Assembly (NCBI GenBank): GCA_964621025.1
Contig: CAZUKQ010000005.1
Span: forward strand, 1-39,416
Length of the DNA: 39,416 nt
Direction of reading: 5' to 3'
Origin: Candidatus Woesearchaeota archaeon
GTDB taxonomy: Archaea > Nanobdellota > Nanobdellia > Pacearchaeales > GW2011-AR1
The notes below the pieces were generated by a model. It worked only from the letters and a program-made list of their open reading frames with translations. It was not told where the DNA came from and ran no database searches. The position numbers and the translations under genes are program-made. This document shows, one piece after another, positions 35,140 through 39,416 of this stretch. Each line of letters opens with the position of its first letter. The first letter of the stretch is position 1.

Positions 35140-38100
35140 TTTTAATAAGGCTATTAGTAGATGCGGGCTGAACAACTCGCCGAAGCTCGAAGCTTACACC
35201 CCATCTCTATCGACGCCATCTTCTTTGGCGGCCTTCGTTGTCTCGTTTTGCGGATCGCTTCGTGCTTAGATGCTTTCAGCACTTATCGATGAAATGCGTA
35301 GCTGCTCGGCCTGCTCGTAACAACCGATACACCAGAGGCATCCGACTTCCGTTCCTCTCGTACTAGAAAGACGTTCCACTCAGACAACAACACACCTAGT
35401 AGATATCATACAAACTGTCTCACGACGTTCTTAACCCAGCTAACGATCCCTTTTAATATGTGAACTCCAGCACCCTTGGCCGCTTGTGCACGGCCAGGAT
35501 AGGAAGAGCCGACAGCGATGTACCAAACCGCCCCGTCAATGTGAACTATCGGGGGCGACAAGCCTGTTATCCTTGAGGTACCTTTTCTGTCATCACCGCG
35601 TCCCATTAAAAGACGTCGGTGGTTCGCTAAGCCCAGCTTTCACTTCTGCTTTCCTTGCTTTTCAGAAAACAGTTAGACAAGCTTTTGCCCTTACACTCTA
35701 CTCCAGATTTCCGACCTGGATGAGCTTGTCTTTGGGCCCTATCGATATCTTTTCGACAGGGCGCCGCCCCAGCCAAACTGCCTGCCAATTGCTGTCCCAA
35801 GAAGGTGAGTGGTTCCATCAAGAATGGGTAGTGTTACATTATTGCTCCGTTTTCGCCAAAGCTAAACATCGACGCTCCTACCTACGCTAAGCACTATTAA
35901 TAGAATCACAACAACAGGTTGCAGTAAAGGTCTACAAGGTCTTCGCTTCCCACTAGGCAACACCGGTCTGTTCACCGGTAAATGATTTCGGAGGGTTCTG
36001 GTTAGGGACAGTGGCAACCTCGTTAAACCATTCATGCACGTCTCCATTCAGAAGACAAGGCATTACGCTCATTATGTTATTTAGAGATTTTTTCAATGAC
36101 ATCTCAATTCTTTACATCGCTGTAAAGTTCGGACTATATCTTCACCAGTTTTAATTGGTGTTAAGCGTGTAGTCTCTGAGGATTCTTCTTTTTCAAGAAG
36201 TCTTTCCTGCTGATTGTCCGCAACTAAAAATTATCACTGCCGATTTCTCGACGAGTATTTTAGTATTCTCGGATGTTCCAGCATATAGCTTAATTTTTTT
36301 CTTAGATTTAACTTTTTATTATAAATAGTCTTTTATGGTTTACCATGAAAATAACGCTTGAAGCATTTGTTGACTAACAAATGTAAGGCAACGCATTCAC
36401 CTTAAGAGCGTCATAGTTACGCCCGCCGTTTGATGGGCTTTCACTCCGTTGGAACGGAGGTTTAGACACCACCACTGGGCAGGTTTCACCAAGTATACAC
36501 GTCCTTTCGGAATAGCACTTGGCTACGTTTTTGGTAAACAGTCGGGCCGCCCTTGTTACTGAGATCTACTCTCCCCTATAATGAATCATAGAAAAGAATA
36601 GACATCCCTTATACCGAAGATACGGGACTATTTATGCCGAATTCCCTTAACCAGTTTATCCCTTCATGTCTTGGCCTACTCAGCCAGAGCACCAGTGCTA
36701 GTTCTGGGTACGGCTTACTTATTTCTATTTCTTAGACTTTTCACTGGCTCCTGGACTCGACAAATACGCAGAGATTCGTGGAATTCTCATCATTACAATC
36801 CAACCACTTCTCTTCCGCTACACCTCTCGGTGTTCTATCTATCCGAAAGCAATCTAAAAACTTAACAAAATAAGCAAGTACAGGAATATTAACCTGTTGT
36901 CCGTCGTCATACGCAGTTAAGATATGACTTAGGAGCCGACTAACCCTTGGCTAATTGCTAGTGCCAAGGAAACCTTGCTCTTTCGACATCTTCCGATTCT
37001 CAGGAAGATCAGATCCTACTCCCGCTGGGATTCTCATTACTAATCGCTCCAATCCTTCTTACGAAGAAACTTCTACGCACTTAATACGCCTGTTTACCAG
37101 TATATTCTTTACAGAATACCTCAAGAGTATCGGTAATTTGCTTAGCCCCGTCCATTTTCCGGGCCTCTATCCTCAATAGGTGAGCTGTTACGCTTTCTTT
37201 AAATGGTGGCGGCTTCTGTGCCTACATCCCCACTGTCTCAGGATAGAGACTCCGTTTGATACACTTAGCAAATATTTTGGGACCTTAACTCCTGTCTCCC
37301 TTGTTCGGGTCTCGTCATCGTATCTTACATACGAAAGCTGTCTCTTGTAATCAGCAGTTAACAAGTTCTGAGTTGGAAGGAGTTCCGTAGACATTTGTCT
37401 CTGCAAACCCCATCCGTACTTTACCTCGCCAACAAGCAATACAAGACTATACCGAGGCATATTTCAACAGGAACCAGCCATAGCCAGATTAGAGTGGCTT
37501 TTCACCCCTATTCCCAAATCATTCGAGTGCATGTACACAACACCGGTTCGGGCCTCCATTTCTTTTTCAAAAAACTTCGCCCTGCTCAGGAATAGATCAT
37601 CTGGCTTCAGGTCTTCCCTCAGTGACTATCGCATTTTCATACTCGCTTTCGCTCCGACTTCCTTTCGTTAATCTTGCCACAAAGGAAAACTCCCCAGCCC
37701 GTTTTTCAAAACGTACGCTACAACCCCGTAGGGCAGTAACAATTTTGTGACTGTTAGATTTCAAGTCTTTTAACCCTCTTGTGAGAGTACTTTTCAGCTT
37801 TCCCTCGCGGTACTCGTTCTCTATCGGACTTAAACTAATATTTAGGGTTAGGAGTTAATTCTCCCATATTCAGACCTCCAATCCGGGAAGCCCTACTCTT
37901 TTAATACAGAATGTATCGACTTCTTCTACGGGGCTATCACCCTCTAAGGCACTCCTTTCCAGGAGACTTTGAATCGTCGACTTAGTTCTTTGTATAACCA
38001 CATCTCCTCCACTCTTTCAAGTAAGGATTCAGCTCGCCCTTTTCCCTTTCCGCTCGCTGCTACTAGGGGAATAATTATTTATTTTCTTTTCCTGCCGGTA

Positions 38101-38268
38101 CTAAGATGTTTCAATTCCCGGCGTTGACTTGCCTTTCGGCATATGTGTGTTTCACATTCGGAGATCTTGGGTTCAATGGTCGCATGCACCTCGCCCAAGC
38201 TTATCGCAGCTTGCCACGTCCTTCGTCGCTGTTTAAGCCAAGCTATTCGTCTAACAGTTTTAATAGGT
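35140..38268 (-). rRNA. rrl: 23S rRNA (ends approximate; interrupted by a group I intron)
   Basis: SRL AGTACGAGAGGAAC, P-loop CTGGGGCGG, GGATAACAGG, GAATTGAAACATCTTAGTA; archaeal G2058. Confidence 0.97.
36070..36398 (-). mobile_element. Group I intron at 23S position 1931 (329 nt, no homing endonuclease)
   Basis: Splits CTTAAGGT^AGCGTAATG; P1 UAAGGU/GCCUUA with U-G at the splice site; Q AATCAGCAGG, R TCAGAGACTA, S AAGATATAGTCC; terminal G. Confidence 0.93.
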
Positions 38269-38271
38269 ATC

Positions 38272-38343
38272 AAATCTTCCACACTTTAGTGAGAAACAAA
38301 ATTTTGAATAAACTAAATGTGTTTCAGATGAGTACTGTCTTCA
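38272..38343. repeat. 5' arm of the 23S precursor processing stem
   Basis: Complementary to 35076-35134. Confidence 0.85.
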
Positions 38344-38493
38344 TTGAGTATAAAAACCATTAAAGGTCTTTTGTGTTCTCTCCAACTCCTTCCGCAATCT
38401 TTTGATCGCGAAGATCATAGTTTGTGATTTTTGAAAAGCTTTTCTTGCTTTCTCGTTTTATTGAGTGTGATTTGTGATTTTCCCGACGGGAAA

Positions 38494-38564
38494 TGGACTC
38501 GCCGGGAGTCGAACCCGGGACCCCTCAGTGCAAGTGAGGAATTTTACCACTAGACTACAAGCCC
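38494..38564 (-). tRNA. tRNA-Ala(TGC) in the 16S-23S spacer
   Basis: G3:U70 acceptor pair, CCTCA-CTTGCAC-TGAGG anticodon arm, GTTCGACTC. Confidence 0.95.
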
Positions 38565-38689
38565 TGTATCACTGATACAAGCTTGCTTGCACCAGCATGA
38601 TTATAAAATGAAGCTAGATGGCCAGAGTTAGATCATCGTCGATCTTTTGAATATTATAGCTTAATTTAAAAATTTAATTTAATAAATTT

Positions 38690-39416
38690 AGGAGGTGATC
38701 CATCTGCAGGTTCCCCTACAGATACCTTGTGACGACTTAACCTACCTTGTCTTACAAAATTTCTTTCTATACAGACTTCAACTCTGCAAAACTCGGTTGG
38801 TTTGACGGGCGGTGAGTGCAAGAGACAGGGACATATTCACCGTTCGCTGCTAACAAACGATTACTACGAATTCCAGCGTCATGAGGGTGGGTTGCAACCC
38901 TCAATCTGGACTGAGACAGATGCTAGGGGATTAGCTTCACCTTTCGGTGTCGCAGCCCATTGAATCTGCCATTGCCGCGCGCGTGTAGCCCAGGGGATTA
39001 GGGACGTACTCACCTAACGTAGCCCGTACCTTCCTCCTTGTTACCAAGGCAGTCTGTATAATGTTCTCCTTTCGGTAGTAATTATACACACGGGTCTCGC
39101 CTGTTACCTGATTTAACAGGTCACATCACTGCACAGGCTGACGTCGGCCATGCATCTCCGCTCAGCGCGTCAGGTAAGCCCTTTAGACTGACCTTCATCC
39201 TGCTGTCGCTCCTGGTGAGGTTCACGGTGTAGAATCTAATTGAACCGCACGCGTCACTCGTTGTAGTGTCTCCCCGCCAATTCCTTTAAGTTTCGATCTT
39301 GCGACTATACTTCCCAGGTAGCTCACTCTACGCCTTCGCTTCAGCACTGAAACCTCCCGAAGAGGCCCCAATGTTTAGTGAGCAGTGTTTACTGCTAGGA
39401 CTACACGGGTATCTAA
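38690..39416 (-). rRNA. rrs: 16S rRNA, 3' half (runs off window edge)
   Basis: GATCACCTCCT 3' end, CACCGCCCGTCAAA, AAACTTAAAGGAATTGGCGGGG (archaeal), TTAGATACCCG. Confidence 0.97.

Noticed and set aside
38321..38345. C/D-like ATGAAGA...CTGA in the spacer
   Set aside because: Explained as an arm of the 23S processing stem; only 10 nt separate the boxes.
35406..38363. ORF-track ORFs inside the 23S region
   Set aside because: They overlap conserved rRNA; none resembles a homing endonuclease.

Overview
AT-rich archaeal chromosome window, most likely from a DPANN organism (Pacearchaeota/Woesearchaeota-like). The assignment rests on a fused PriS-PriL primase, form II/III RuBisCO, reduced Nop5/fibrillarin, many class III signal-peptide proteins and divergent rRNAs. 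From left to right it holds: a partial GLUG-repeat surface protein with an unannotated RHH regulator; dus and gpmA; a ~12 kb wHTH-led operon of pilin-like and giant Cys-rich proteins built by tandem duplication; PCNA, primase and a solo Cas4; surface proteins; a ComEA pseudogene; a SemiSWEET carrying an HhH motif; an Hjc-like nuclease; an unannotated 53-aa histone; lysS, acyP, three ORFans, trmY, RuBisCO, ZIP and cysS; tRNA-Phe; fibrillarin and nop5 with a 42-nt C/D-box element between them; RNase P RNA; and a minus-strand 16S(partial)-tRNA-Ala-23S operon. The 23S carries an ORF-less group I intron at L1931 and several substitutions at normally near-invariant peptidyl-transferase-centre positions. 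Best leads: (1) the duplicated pilin-like/Cys-rich/glycine-zipper operon as a possible host-contact apparatus; (2) the mini C/D RNA, whose guide matches this organism's own divergent PTC; (3) the PTC divergence itself. Several start codons were re-called from TATA spacing and overlaps. All family calls are by motif recognition only.
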